Shown here: positions 33,657-42,071 of the stretch, piece after piece
Layout of the letters: the number at the start of each line of letters is the position of its first letter
Position numbering within the stretch: position 1 is the stretch's first letter
Assembly (NCBI GenBank): GCA_036397915.1
Contig: DASWIB010000072.1
Span: forward strand, 1 to 46,854
DNA: 46,854 bases
DNA from: Thermoanaerobaculia bacterium
Lineage (GTDB): Bacteria; Acidobacteriota; Thermoanaerobaculia; UBA5066; Gp7-AA6
Direction: 5' to 3'
Translations under genes and position numbers: made by a program
Notes under the pieces: model-generated
What the model was told of the DNA's origin: nothing
Seen by the model: the letters and a program-made list of their open reading frames with translations, nothing else
Database searches by the model: none

Positions 33657-35885
33657 TCAGCTCTCGGCTGACAGAGGGGAGCTAACCGCTTTTCGGATGA
33701 CCGCCGCAAGGCCGATCATGCCGAGAGCCGAGATCAGAAGCTCCAGCCGCGGGATCACGAACCTTCCCTCGACCCGGTGCCGGCCGGCCGGCACCTCGAG
33801 ACCGAGGAACAAACCGTTTGCAACGAAGCCGTCCGCGGACGCACCGTCGAGATAGAGGCGGTGGTAAGGCTCGAAGCGTTTTTGTGAAGAGACGAGAAGC
33901 GAAGGGAGCGGCGTCTCGGTCGCAAGCTCGAATCGTTCCGGGTCGAGCCGGACGATGCGGATCGTCCCGCCCGAGCCGCGCGCGGGCTCGCTCGGGGCGA
34001 GCCGTTGCGCGACGTCGGGTGCGGTGAATACGGCGCTCGCGAGCGTCGGGCGGTCGGCGTTTCGCACCTCTTCGACTCCGCCCGCCAGAGCGCGTGAGAC
34101 GAACCAGAACCTGGGCAGTGCGGTCGGTCTCGCGAAGAGTGTGAGGTCCGGCCCCTCGTAGATCCGCGGGAAGCGCCGCGGGTCCGGCGCCGGATGGACG
34201 GTCTCCGGGTCGACCGGCTCCATGGCCGCTGCGTCTCGCTCGCCGACCTCTCGGCCGGCGGGGAGACTCGCTCCCGGCGGCGCGGCGAGTGTCGCGACGT
34301 TCAGGAGATCGAGAACCGGCGACGCGGGGTCGAGAGAGCGCGGGTGCAGGAGCAGATACGTGCCGTAGCGGCCGTAGGAGTTGGGATCGGCCGCCGAGAG
34401 GAGCCGGCGGTAGGCGGCCTCGTGGAGGAGGTGGCCGCGAGCGTCCTCGAGGCCGAAGGCCTCGGACACGTTCGGAACGAGCGTCCATCCCGCCGCGGCG
34501 AAACGTCCCGGCGAATCGCGCCTGAGCTCTCGCAGCCGCGCGATGCCCGGTGTCTCGAGGAAGACGGCATCGGCAGGTCTCGAGATCGAGTAGAAGTCGA
34601 GCGCGAGAAAGGCGAGCGGGACGGCGATCAGGAACGGGACGGTCTGGAGCGCCGCCCGTCGAAACGCGCTCACTTCCCCGAGCTGCTCGAGCACCTCCGC
34701 GCCGCACGCGGCGAGCATGCCGAGCGCGAGGATGATGAGGATCTTCGAGCGAGCGAAGAGCGTGATGTCGAGAAAGGGAAGAGATCCCACGGCTCTGAGC
34801 GCCGCTCCGCCGCCGTAGAGCGGTACGGCGACGAAGGCCGCGAGCGTGACCGCCCAGCCGACGAGGGCGCGGCGCCGTCTCGAGAGGAGTCCTGCGGCCG
34901 CGAGAAAGCCCGCCACGACTCCGATCCCGACGGCGGTTTCCACGTAGTTGTCGCCGGGAATCCATCCGACGCCCCGGTAGTCGGCGCGGCGGGGGGTGCC
35001 CTGGTACTCGGGCACGAAGTAGAGCCGGAGGTGCCGCAACGGCAGCGGGAACGCGGTCCCCATGCCACGCCGCGCTTCGCGGTATCCGGAAGCCTCGACG
35101 AAGCGAGCCGAAGCGAGGATCGAGGGCGCGAGAACCGCGAGCGAGATCGCCGCCGCCAGACCGAGCCGCGCGAGCGCCCGCACGGCGTTCCGCCGCTCGC
35201 GCGCCGCGCGAAACAGAAAGTAGAACGCGGCCGCCAGTGCGCCGTAGAGGATCCAGTGCGGAAAGCCTCCGGCGAGGAAGAGAAGAAAGGAGGCCGCCGC
35301 GAAAAGGAGCACCCGGGCGGAGCGCTCCTCCTCGAACGCGCGGTCGACGGCCGCGAGGAGCAGCGGGTAGGTGACCGAGACGGAGGTCTGCATCCAGAGT
35401 CCCCAGACTGTCTGGGCGGTCGAGAAGGCCCAGGTCGCCGCGCCGGCAGCCGAAGCCAGATCCGAGAAGCGCCGCCCGCGGAGAAAAAAGTAGGCGGCGA
35501 GATAGGCGAAGTTGAATTTGAGAAAAAGAATCCCCGTCTCGATCCACGCCTCCGGGAGGGCGAGCGACGGGATTGCGACGAACGGGGAAAGGAAGCCCTG
35601 GGCGAGGTGGAAGGGCCCGACGCCGCCCGAGGAGACCCAGGGATTCCAGAAGAGCCCGCGCGGGAAGTCGCGAAAGCGGACGAGTGTCGTCTCTCCCGAA
35701 GCGGAGGGATCGGCGAGGAGGGCATTCTCGGCCTGCAGCAGGCCCTGCTCGGTCCCTCGCCAGGGGTGATGCGCCCGGACGAACTCGTGCGAGGTCAGGA
35801 CCCGGCCGCGCAGGAGGAGCGGCGCGAAGAGGACGAAATCGAAGACGAGGAGGGTCGCGAGCCCGAGACGGTTGCGCTTCGTCAT
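33657..35885 (-). CDS. Large polytopic membrane protein, GT-C-like (YfhO/ArnT-type architecture)
   Basis: 742 aa. More than 10 hydrophobic helices in the first ~450 aa, a soluble ~250-aa domain, and a final TM helix (LLISALGMIGLAAVI). 12 nt downstream lies the GT2 gene. Family call rests on architecture, not on a recognised motif. Confidence 0.5.
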   Translation of the reverse strand: MTKRNRLGLATLLVFDFVLFAPLLLRGRVLTSHEFVRAHHPWRGTEQGLLQAENALLADPSASGETTLVRFRDFPRGLFWNPWVSSGGVGPFHLAQGFLSPFVAIPSLALPEAWIETGILFLKFNFAYLAAYFFLRGRRFSDLASAAGAATWAFSTAQTVWGLWMQTSVSVTYPLLLAAVDRAFEEERSARVLLFAAASFLLFLAGGFPHWILYGALAAAFYFLFRAARERRNAVRALARLGLAAAISLAVLAPSILASARFVEASGYREARRGMGTAFPLPLRHLRLYFVPEYQGTPRRADYRGVGWIPGDNYVETAVGIGVVAGFLAAAGLLSRRRRALVGWAVTLAAFVAVPLYGGGAALRAVGSLPFLDITLFARSKILIILALGMLAACGAEVLEQLGEVSAFRRAALQTVPFLIAVPLAFLALDFYSISRPADAVFLETPGIARLRELRRDSPGRFAAAGWTLVPNVSEAFGLEDARGHLLHEAAYRRLLSAADPNSYGRYGTYLLLHPRSLDPASPVLDLLNVATLAAPPGASLPAGREVGERDAAAMEPVDPETVHPAPDPRRFPRIYEGPDLTLFARPTALPRFWFVSRALAGGVEEVRNADRPTLASAVFTAPDVAQRLAPSEPARGSGGTIRIVRLDPERFELATETPLPSLLVSSQKRFEPYHRLYLDGASADGFVANGLFLGLEVPAGRHRVEGRFVIPRLELLISALGMIGLAAVIRKAVSSPLSAES

Positions 35886-36180
35886 TCCGAGGCGCGCAGT
35901 CCGTTTGTCATTCCGAGGCGCGCCGCGCGTTTCCTGCTGTCATTCCGAGGCGCGGAGCGCCGAGGAATCCGCCGTCCTGAGGAGCGCAGCGACGAAGGAT
36001 CTCACCCACTCAGCTTAAGAGATCCTTCGCGGAGCCTGCCCTGAGCCGGACGCCATGGCAGTCAAGAAAAAGATCCTTCGCTGCGCTCAGGATGACATCG
36101 CGAAGGGCTCAGGATGACCGCTGCGCGGTCAGATCCCTCGCTTCGCTCGGGATGACTGGAGGCGCTTCGCTCAGGATGAC
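35881..36180. repeat. Family-B module cluster B5 (largest)
   Basis: Three copies of gtcattccgaggcgcg (35881, 35907, 35939), the third completed to a full hairpin ...gga-gcgccgaggaatcc. Then gtcctgaggagcgcagcgacgaaggatc, and reverse modules gatccttcgctgcgctcaggatgac, gatccctcgcttcgctcgggatgac, gcgcttcgctcaggatgac. Confidence 0.85.
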
Positions 36181-36188
36181 AGGAGAGG

Positions 36189-37199
36189 TTAGCGCTTCCT
36201 CGCCACGATGACCCGGAAATAAGACTCCACCCAGCCGCGCTCGAGCAGATGTTCCTCGAGAGCGATCAGGCGGGACAGCGCTCCGGTCGAATCTTGTCGC
36301 AGGCGCTCCATGTCGAGGCACGGGAAGACGAACCACAGGATGTTGCCGCCGTACGGCCGCTCTTCGACGATCTCGAAGAGGCGCGCGGCCGCCGGTCGGA
36401 TCGCGCTCGAGCGGATGGACTCGGACGGGTCGTCTAAGGGCAGCGGGATCATGAGGTTCGGCCGGTTCTTCAGCTCCTCGGGCAGCGCGTCGAAAGCGCT
36501 CCGAGCGAACCCCCAGCCGTCGTCGCTCCACTCCGACCGCGACGGGCCCATGTACTCGTCCAGGTAGACGAGACCTCCCGGCTTCAGCGCCTGGCGGACT
36601 TCGGTCAGGACCCGCTCGATCTGCCGGACGTGGTGGAGCGAACCGTGGAAAAACACGACGTCGTAGCGGGCGCGAGGGAGCTTGAGAGCATTGATGTCCT
36701 CGGTCCGGTACTCGAGACGATCGGAGAGATGCGCCTCCTCCGCGGCGAACCGTGCCTGCTCGAGAAATTCTTCGGAGAAGTCGATCCCCTCCATCACCTC
36801 GCAGATCCCTTTCGCGAGCACGTCCCGCTCGAGAAGCCCCGATCCGCATCCCACCGACAGGCCGCGCGGGAACGGCTGCCGCGCGAACGTCTCGGCGAAC
36901 CACTCCATGGGCCAGCGGTTGGGATCCCCCGTCACCCGACGGTTGATGGCCCGGCGGACGAGCGGCTGCGCGCCCCAGTAGTGGTCCTCCGCCTCGCGCG
37001 GGGTCTCGGAGCTCCAGAAGCGGCGGGCAGCGGCGGTCTCCGCGCGCTCTTCGCGGAGCGAGGTCCAGCGGCGCACGAACGAGGAAAAGGACGCCCGAAG
37101 CGGAGATGGCATTCGTGTCTTGAAATCAATATAGCAGCCGGAGGCGTTTTCTCGTCCCGCCGTTTGCGCCGGGCCTGCCGCGTCTGCTAAATTGCGCAC
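36189..37199 (-). CDS. Class I SAM-dependent methyltransferase (start uncertain: GTG 37199 or ATG 37112)
   Basis: 336-aa ORF. Motif I LSVGCGSGLLERD; acidic loop and motif post-I GIDFSEEFL; VVFFHGSLHH. Confidence 0.8.
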   Translation of the reverse strand: MRNLADAAGPAQTAGRENASGCYIDFKTRMPSPLRASFSSFVRRWTSLREERAETAAARRFWSSETPREAEDHYWGAQPLVRRAINRRVTGDPNRWPMEWFAETFARQPFPRGLSVGCGSGLLERDVLAKGICEVMEGIDFSEEFLEQARFAAEEAHLSDRLEYRTEDINALKLPRARYDVVFFHGSLHHVRQIERVLTEVRQALKPGGLVYLDEYMGPSRSEWSDDGWGFARSAFDALPEELKNRPNLMIPLPLDDPSESIRSSAIRPAAARLFEIVEERPYGGNILWFVFPCLDMERLRQDSTGALSRLIALEEHLLERGWVESYFRVIVARKR

Positions 37200-37363
37200 T
37201 CCTCCGAACCCGGGAAACCGGAGCGGATCTTTTTCAATCAGGGACGAAGGCCGGGATGAAACGCCCCCGCGGGCTTCCGGCCGGTAGCCCCCCGGGCGGA
37301 AGTTCGGATGCGGGTGCAGGTCCGTGGGACCTGTCCCCGCGACTTGCTCAGACCGGGACGAAC

Positions 37364-37438
<75 letters not shown>

Positions 37439-37453
37439 GTTTCTTCGAAGCGG

Positions 37454-37529
37454 AGGCGCTTAGCTCAGCTGGGAGAGCGCTACCTTCACACGGTAGAGGT
37501 CAACGGTTCGATCCCGTTAGCGCCTACCA
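37454..37529 (+). tRNA. tRNA-Val (anticodon CAC), CCA encoded
   Basis: Manual cloverleaf: AGGCGCT-TA-GCTC-AGCTGGGA-GAGC-G-CTACC-TTCACAC-GGTAG-AGGTC-AACGG-TTCGATC-CCGTT-AGCGCCT-A-CCA. Confidence 0.9.
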
Positions 37530-37541
37530 GAGAAGAAAACG

Positions 37542-37570
37542 ACGCGGGGCAACCCGCGTTTTTGATTTTT
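37542..37570 (+). terminator. Rho-independent terminator after the tRNA-Val pair
   Basis: acgcggg-gcaa-cccgcgt followed by ttttgattttt. Confidence 0.7.
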
Positions 37571-37601
37571 CAGGGACGAAAACCTCCGGAATCGGGAGAA
37601 C

Positions 37602-39554
37602 ATGGAAGCACTGGCGGAAAAAGTCACAATCCGGCTGCCCGACGACGCGACGCTGGAGGTCCCGAAGGGCACGACGGTCCGCGGAGTCGCGGAGCGCATC
37701 GGACCGCGTCTCGCGAAGGAAGCGGTAGCCGGCAAGCTCGACGGCCGTCTGGTCGATCTCGTCACGCCACTCGACTCGGATGGCTCGCTCGAAATCGTCA
37801 CCTGGAGGTCGCCGGACGTGGTGCCGATCTACCGGCACTCGACGGCGCACCTGACGGCGCAGGCCGTCAAGAGGCTGTTCCCCGAAGTACAGATCGGAAT
37901 CGGGCCTCCGATCGAGAACGGCTACTACTACGACTTCCTCCCCGCGCGTCCCTTCACGCCCGAGGACCTGGAGAAGATCGAGGCGGAGATGCGGCGCATC
38001 ATCGCGGAGGACCTCGAGATCCAACGTCTGGAGATGCCGGTCTCCGAGGCCATCTCGATCTTCGAGGGCCAGAACGATCCTTTGAAGGTCCAGATCGCGC
38101 GGGAGCTTCCCGACGAGCGCGTCTCCTGCTATCGCCAGGGGGAGTTCATCGACCTCTGCCGGGGCCCGCACGTCGCCTCGACCGGGCGGCTGGGGGTCTT
38201 CAAGCTGACGCATACGGCCGGCGCCTACTGGAAGGGGGACGAGAAGAATCCGATGCTCCAGCGCATCTACGGGGCATCGTTCCTCTCGCAGAAGGATCTC
38301 GAAGAGCACCTCGCGCGGCTCGAGGACGCAAAAGCGCGCGACCACCGCAAGCTCGGGCGCGAGCTCGAGCTCTTCACGTTCCACCCGCTCGCTCCGGCTT
38401 CGCCGTTCTTCCTCCCGAAGGGGGCCGTGCTCTACAACGAACTCCTGACCTACATGCGCGAGGAGTACCGGAGGCGCGGATACGACGAGGTGATCACGCC
38501 TCAGGTCTACGACGCCGAGCTCTTCAAGATCTCGGGGCACTACGACAACTACCGCGACAACATGTACTTCACGGAGATCGAGGCGCGGGAGTTCGGGGTC
38601 AAGCCGATGAACTGCCCGGGCCACCATCTCCTCTTCAAGGAGCGGCTCTGGTCATACCGCGAGCTGCCCGTGCGCTTCGCCGATTTCGGACGGCTCCACC
38701 GCTACGAGCGCTCCGGCGTGACCGCAGGGCTGACGCGCGTGCGGACGTTTTCCCAGGACGACTCCCACATCTACACACCGGTCGACCGTGTGGAATCCGA
38801 GATCCACGCGTTTGCCGAGTTCCTCGACTCGGTCTACTCCGTGTTCGGGTTCGAAGACGTCGACATCTCCGTCGGCCTGAGGCCGCCGCAGCGCATGGGC
38901 TCCGACGAAGAGTGGGAGCGTGCGGAGGCGGCGCTCCAGTCGGCGCTGAAGAAGATCGGACGACCCTACGTCGTCACCCCCGGGGACGGCAACTTCTACG
39001 GCCCGAAGATCGACTTCCGCGTCAAGGACGCGATCGGCCGCCCCTGGCAGCTCGGAACTATCCAGTACGACTCGGCCCAGCCCGAACGTTTCGATCTGAC
39101 GTACATTGGTGAAGACGGCAAGCCTCACCGTCCGGTGGTGCTCCATCGCGCGCTGCTCGGGTCCCTCGAGCGCTTCCTCGGGATCCTGATCGAGCACACG
39201 GCGGGCAACTTCCCGTTCTGGATCGCTCCCGTCCAGGCGGTCGTCCTGCCGGTGTCCGACCGGTTCGCGGCAGCAGCGCGAGAGACCGCCGGGCGTCTCT
39301 TCGACGCCGGGCTCCGTGTCGAGACCGACGACCGCAACGAGAAACTCGGCGCGCGCATCCGGAGGGCGGAACTCGGCAAGGTCCCCGCGATGCTGGTCAT
39401 CGGTGAAAAGGAGGCGTCGGCTGGCACGGTCTCCGTACGGCTGCGGCACGGCGGCAACGCGGGAACCCTGTCGCTCGAAGCATTCCTCGAAGCCGCCCGA
39501 AAGGCGATCGCGAAGAAGAGTCGTGAGCTCATGACGGAGGTGAAAGATCGATAA
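37602..39554 (+). CDS. thrS: Threonine--tRNA ligase
   Basis: 650 aa. TGS domain, editing-domain HSTAHL, class II core ([10 protein letters not shown]-like [11 protein letters not shown]), anticodon-binding C-terminus. Confidence 0.97.
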   Translation: MEALAEKVTIRLPDDATLEVPKGTTVRGVAERIGPRLAKEAVAGKLDGRLVDLVTPLDSDGSLEIVTWRSPDVVPIYRHSTAHLTAQAVKRLFPEVQIGIGPPIENGYYYDFLPARPFTPEDLEKIEAEMRRIIAEDLEIQRLEMPVSEAISIFEGQNDPLKVQIARELPDERVSCYRQGEFIDLCRGPHVASTGRLGVFKLTHTAGAYWKGDEKNPMLQRIYGASFLSQKDLEEHLARLEDAKARDHRKLGRELELFTFHPLAPASPFFLPKGAVLYNELLTYMREEYRRRGYDEVITPQVYDAELFKISGHYDNYRDNMYFTEIEAREFGVKPMNCPGHHLLFKERLWSYRELPVRFADFGRLHRYERSGVTAGLTRVRTFSQDDSHIYTPVDRVESEIHAFAEFLDSVYSVFGFEDVDISVGLRPPQRMGSDEEWERAEAALQSALKKIGRPYVVTPGDGNFYGPKIDFRVKDAIGRPWQLGTIQYDSAQPERFDLTYIGEDGKPHRPVVLHRALLGSLERFLGILIEHTAGNFPFWIAPVQAVVLPVSDRFAAAARETAGRLFDAGLRVETDDRNEKLGARIRRAELGKVPAMLVIGEKEASAGTVSVRLRHGGNAGTLSLEAFLEAARKAIAKKSRELMTEVKDR

Positions 39555-40086
39555 GAAGACGATCCGAATCAACGAGCAGATCCGGTGGAAGGAGGTCCGC
39601 CTGATCGGAGAAGGCGGCGAGCCGCTCGGCATCGTACAGATGGCGGAGGCGCTCCAGAGAGCGAGGGACGCGAACCTGGACCTGGTCGAAATCGCGCCGA
39701 CCGCCAACCCTCCCGTCTGCCGGATCATGAACTTCGGAAAGTTCATCTACCAGCAGAAGAAGAAGCAGCAGGACTCGAAGAAGAAGCAGAAGACGACGCA
39801 GGTCAAAGAAGTGAAGTTTCGACCGAACATCGACGACCACGACTACGATTTCAAGATCAAGAACATCTTGAAGTTCCTGGCTCACGGCGACAAAGTCAAA
39901 GCGACCGTCCAGTTCCGCGGCCGCGAGATGGCGCGCCGCGAGAACGGGCAGAAGGTTCTCGATCGGCTGCTCGGCGATCTTGCGGGGAAGGCGGTCGCGG
40001 AATCGCGCTCGGAGATGCTCGGGAATCGTCTCTACCAGATCCTGGCGCCCGTGAAAGTCCACGAGAAAGCGGCTAGAGGAGCGTGA
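39547..40086 (+). CDS. infC: Translation initiation factor IF-3, probable non-canonical AUC start
   Basis: The track ORF starts at ATG 39640, but homology extends upstream: [36 protein letters not shown]... An in-frame TGA sits at 39541-39543. ATC at 39547 lies 6 nt after GGAGG (39536-39540). The start overlaps the thrS stop. Confidence 0.85.
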   Translation: MDKKTIRINEQIRWKEVRLIGEGGEPLGIVQMAEALQRARDANLDLVEIAPTANPPVCRIMNFGKFIYQQKKKQQDSKKKQKTTQVKEVKFRPNIDDHDYDFKIKNILKFLAHGDKVKATVQFRGREMARRENGQKVLDRLLGDLAGKAVAESRSEMLGNRLYQILAPVKVHEKAARGA

Positions 40087-40087
40087 G

Positions 40088-40115
40088 GAGACGGGACACG
40101 GGACACGCGAACACG
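40088..40115. repeat. Tandem heptanucleotide array GACACGG-like x4
   Basis: gagacgg gacacgg gacacgc gaacacg, starting 2 nt after the infC stop. Confidence 0.75.
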
Positions 40116-40161
40116 AAGATCCGGCCCCGATCCTGTCGCGAGTCCCGCAAGGAGTGAGCAA

Positions 40162-40359
40162 ATGCCGAAACTGAAGACCCACCGCGGTGCCGCGAAACGC
40201 TTTCGGCGCACCGCTTCGGGCAAGTTCAAGAGGGCGAAGGCCTACAAGAGCCACATCCTGACGAAGAAGGCTCCGGGGAGAAAGCGCGGCCTCGCCCAGC
40301 CGACGTCCGTCTCCGCGTCGGACCACAAGCGCGTGAAGGAGATGCTGCCGTATTCGTGA
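40162..40359 (+). CDS. rpmI: 50S ribosomal protein L35
   Basis: 65 aa. [36 protein letters not shown]. Confidence 0.95.
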   Translation: MPKLKTHRGAAKRFRRTASGKFKRAKAYKSHILTKKAPGRKRGLAQPTSVSASDHKRVKEMLPYS

Positions 40360-40372
40360 GAAAGCCCCTGCT

Positions 40373-40544
40373 GTCATCCCGAGCGAAGCGAGGGACCCTC
40401 GACAGCGAAGCTGTCGTTCCTTTACTCCGTTCAGGGCAGGCTCTGGGCGGAGCGAAGGATCTCTCTTTCCTCTCAGCGGAAAGATCCTTCGTCGCTACGC
40501 TCTTCAGGACGAGGATTCCCCGGCCCTTCGGGCCTCGGAATGAC
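40373..40544. repeat. Family-B module cluster B6 (between rpmI and rplT)
   Basis: gtcatcccgagcgaagcgagggac, ttactccgttcagggcaggctctggg, aaagatccttcgtcgctacgctcttcaggac, ccttcgggcctcggaatgac. Confidence 0.85.
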
Positions 40545-40567
40545 AGGAGAGGGGCAGGAGGATTGAG

Positions 40568-40927
40568 ATGCCTCGCGTCAAGAGGGGACCGAAAAGAAAG
40601 AACCGGCGCGCGAAGACTCTCGCGCGGGCCAAGGGCTACTACGGGACGAAATCGAAGTCGTTCCGGATGGCAAAGCTCGCGGTCGAGAAGTCGCTCCTTT
40701 ACGCTTACCGCGATCGGAAGGCGAGGAAGCGCGACTTCCGAGGCCTTTGGATCGTCCGCATCAACGCGGCCGCCCGGGAGAACGAGATCTCGTACAGCCG
40801 GCTGATGGACGGCCTCAAGAAAGCGGGCAACGACATCAACCGGAAGATGCTCGCCGACCTCGCGGTGACCGATCCGACGGCGTTCAGCCACCTCGTCGGG
40901 GTGGCGAAGCAAGCGCTCGGCGGATGA
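40568..40927 (+). CDS. rplT: 50S ribosomal protein L20
   Basis: 119 aa. [26 protein letters not shown]...[23 protein letters not shown]. Confidence 0.97.
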   Translation: MPRVKRGPKRKNRRAKTLARAKGYYGTKSKSFRMAKLAVEKSLLYAYRDRKARKRDFRGLWIVRINAAARENEISYSRLMDGLKKAGNDINRKMLADLAVTDPTAFSHLVGVAKQALGG

Positions 40928-40933
40928 GCATCC

Positions 40934-40961
40934 GGCAGACGATAGACGGCAGACGACAGAC
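40934..40961. repeat. Tandem heptanucleotide array NNCAGAC x4
   Basis: ggcagac gatagac ggcagac gacagac, between the rplT stop and the annotated pheS GTG. Confidence 0.75.
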
Positions 40962-42071
40962 GTGAAGGACGAGAGGGCTCCGGGCTCTTCGTCTCCCCCC
41001 TCCCGTCTTACGCCTCCCGGCTCCTCCGATCCGATCTCGGAGATCCTGGAGTCCTTCCGCGCGGAGGCGGCGCGCGGGGTGTCGTCGCGTTCCGAATTCG
41101 AGGCTCTGAAGGGCCGGTATCTCGGCCGTGAGAAGGGTCTCGTACCAGCGCTCTTCGCGAGGATGCGCGAGATTCCGCCCGCGGATCGCGCGTCGTACGG
41201 GGCACGCGCGAACGCAGCCAAGCGCGAAGTCGAGGAAGGGGTCTCCCGGCTCGGCGAGGCGCTCGCCCGGATCGAGGCGGAACGCCGCGAGCGCGCGGCC
41301 GCGGTCGACGTCACTTTGCCGGGCCGGCGCCTGCGCGCCGGCTCGCTCCATCCGGTGACGCTCGTACGCCGCCGGGTGGAGGAGATCTTTCTGCGCATGG
41401 GTTACTCGATCGCGGACGGGCCCGAGATCGAGAACGACGTCCACAACTTCGAGGCGCTGAACTTCCCGCCGGAGCACCCCGCGCGCGACGCGCAGGACAC
41501 GCTCTTCGTCGACCGCGACGCGTCGTCGCCGCTCCTGCTGCGGACGCACACCTCGCCCGTGCAGATCCGCGAGATGAGGAAGCGGGGCGCGCCCCTGAAG
41601 ATCATCGCGCCCGGCCGCGTCTACCGGAACGAGTCGGTCGACGCGACCCACCAGCCGGTCTTTCACCAGGTGGAAGCGCTCGTGGTCGACCGCGGGATCT
41701 CGATGGCGGACCTGAAGGGGACGCTGGAGACCTTTTTCGAGGCGCTCTTCGGCGCGGGAACGAAAGTCCGCATCATCCCGACGTTCTTTCCGTTCGTCGA
41801 GCCGGGCGCGGACGTTTACGTGACGTGCATTTTCTGCCGGGGCGCCGGGTGCCGGACGTGCAAGGGCTCGGGATGGATGGAGCTCGCCGGCGCGGGAGAA
41901 GTTCACCCCGCGGTGCTCGAATCCTGCGGCATCGACCCGCAGGAGTGGAGTGGCTTCGCGTTCGGCCTCGGGCTCGACCGCGTCGCGATGATGCTGTACG
42001 AGTTCCCCGACCTCCGGCTTCTGTTCGAGGGGGACGAGCGGTTCCTCTCGCAGTTCGCGCCGCTCTCGTGA
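40962..42071 (+). CDS. pheS: Phenylalanine--tRNA ligase alpha subunit (start uncertain)
   Basis: 369-aa ORF (GTG). LKGRYLGREKG, class II core HPARDAQDTLF, RTHTSPVQIR, FFPFVEPG, GFAFGLGLDRVAM. Confidence 0.93.
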   Translation: MKDERAPGSSSPPSRLTPPGSSDPISEILESFRAEAARGVSSRSEFEALKGRYLGREKGLVPALFARMREIPPADRASYGARANAAKREVEEGVSRLGEALARIEAERRERAAAVDVTLPGRRLRAGSLHPVTLVRRRVEEIFLRMGYSIADGPEIENDVHNFEALNFPPEHPARDAQDTLFVDRDASSPLLLRTHTSPVQIREMRKRGAPLKIIAPGRVYRNESVDATHQPVFHQVEALVVDRGISMADLKGTLETFFEALFGAGTKVRIIPTFFPFVEPGADVYVTCIFCRGAGCRTCKGSGWMELAGAGEVHPAVLESCGIDPQEWSGFAFGLGLDRVAMMLYEFPDLRLLFEGDERFLSQFAPLS

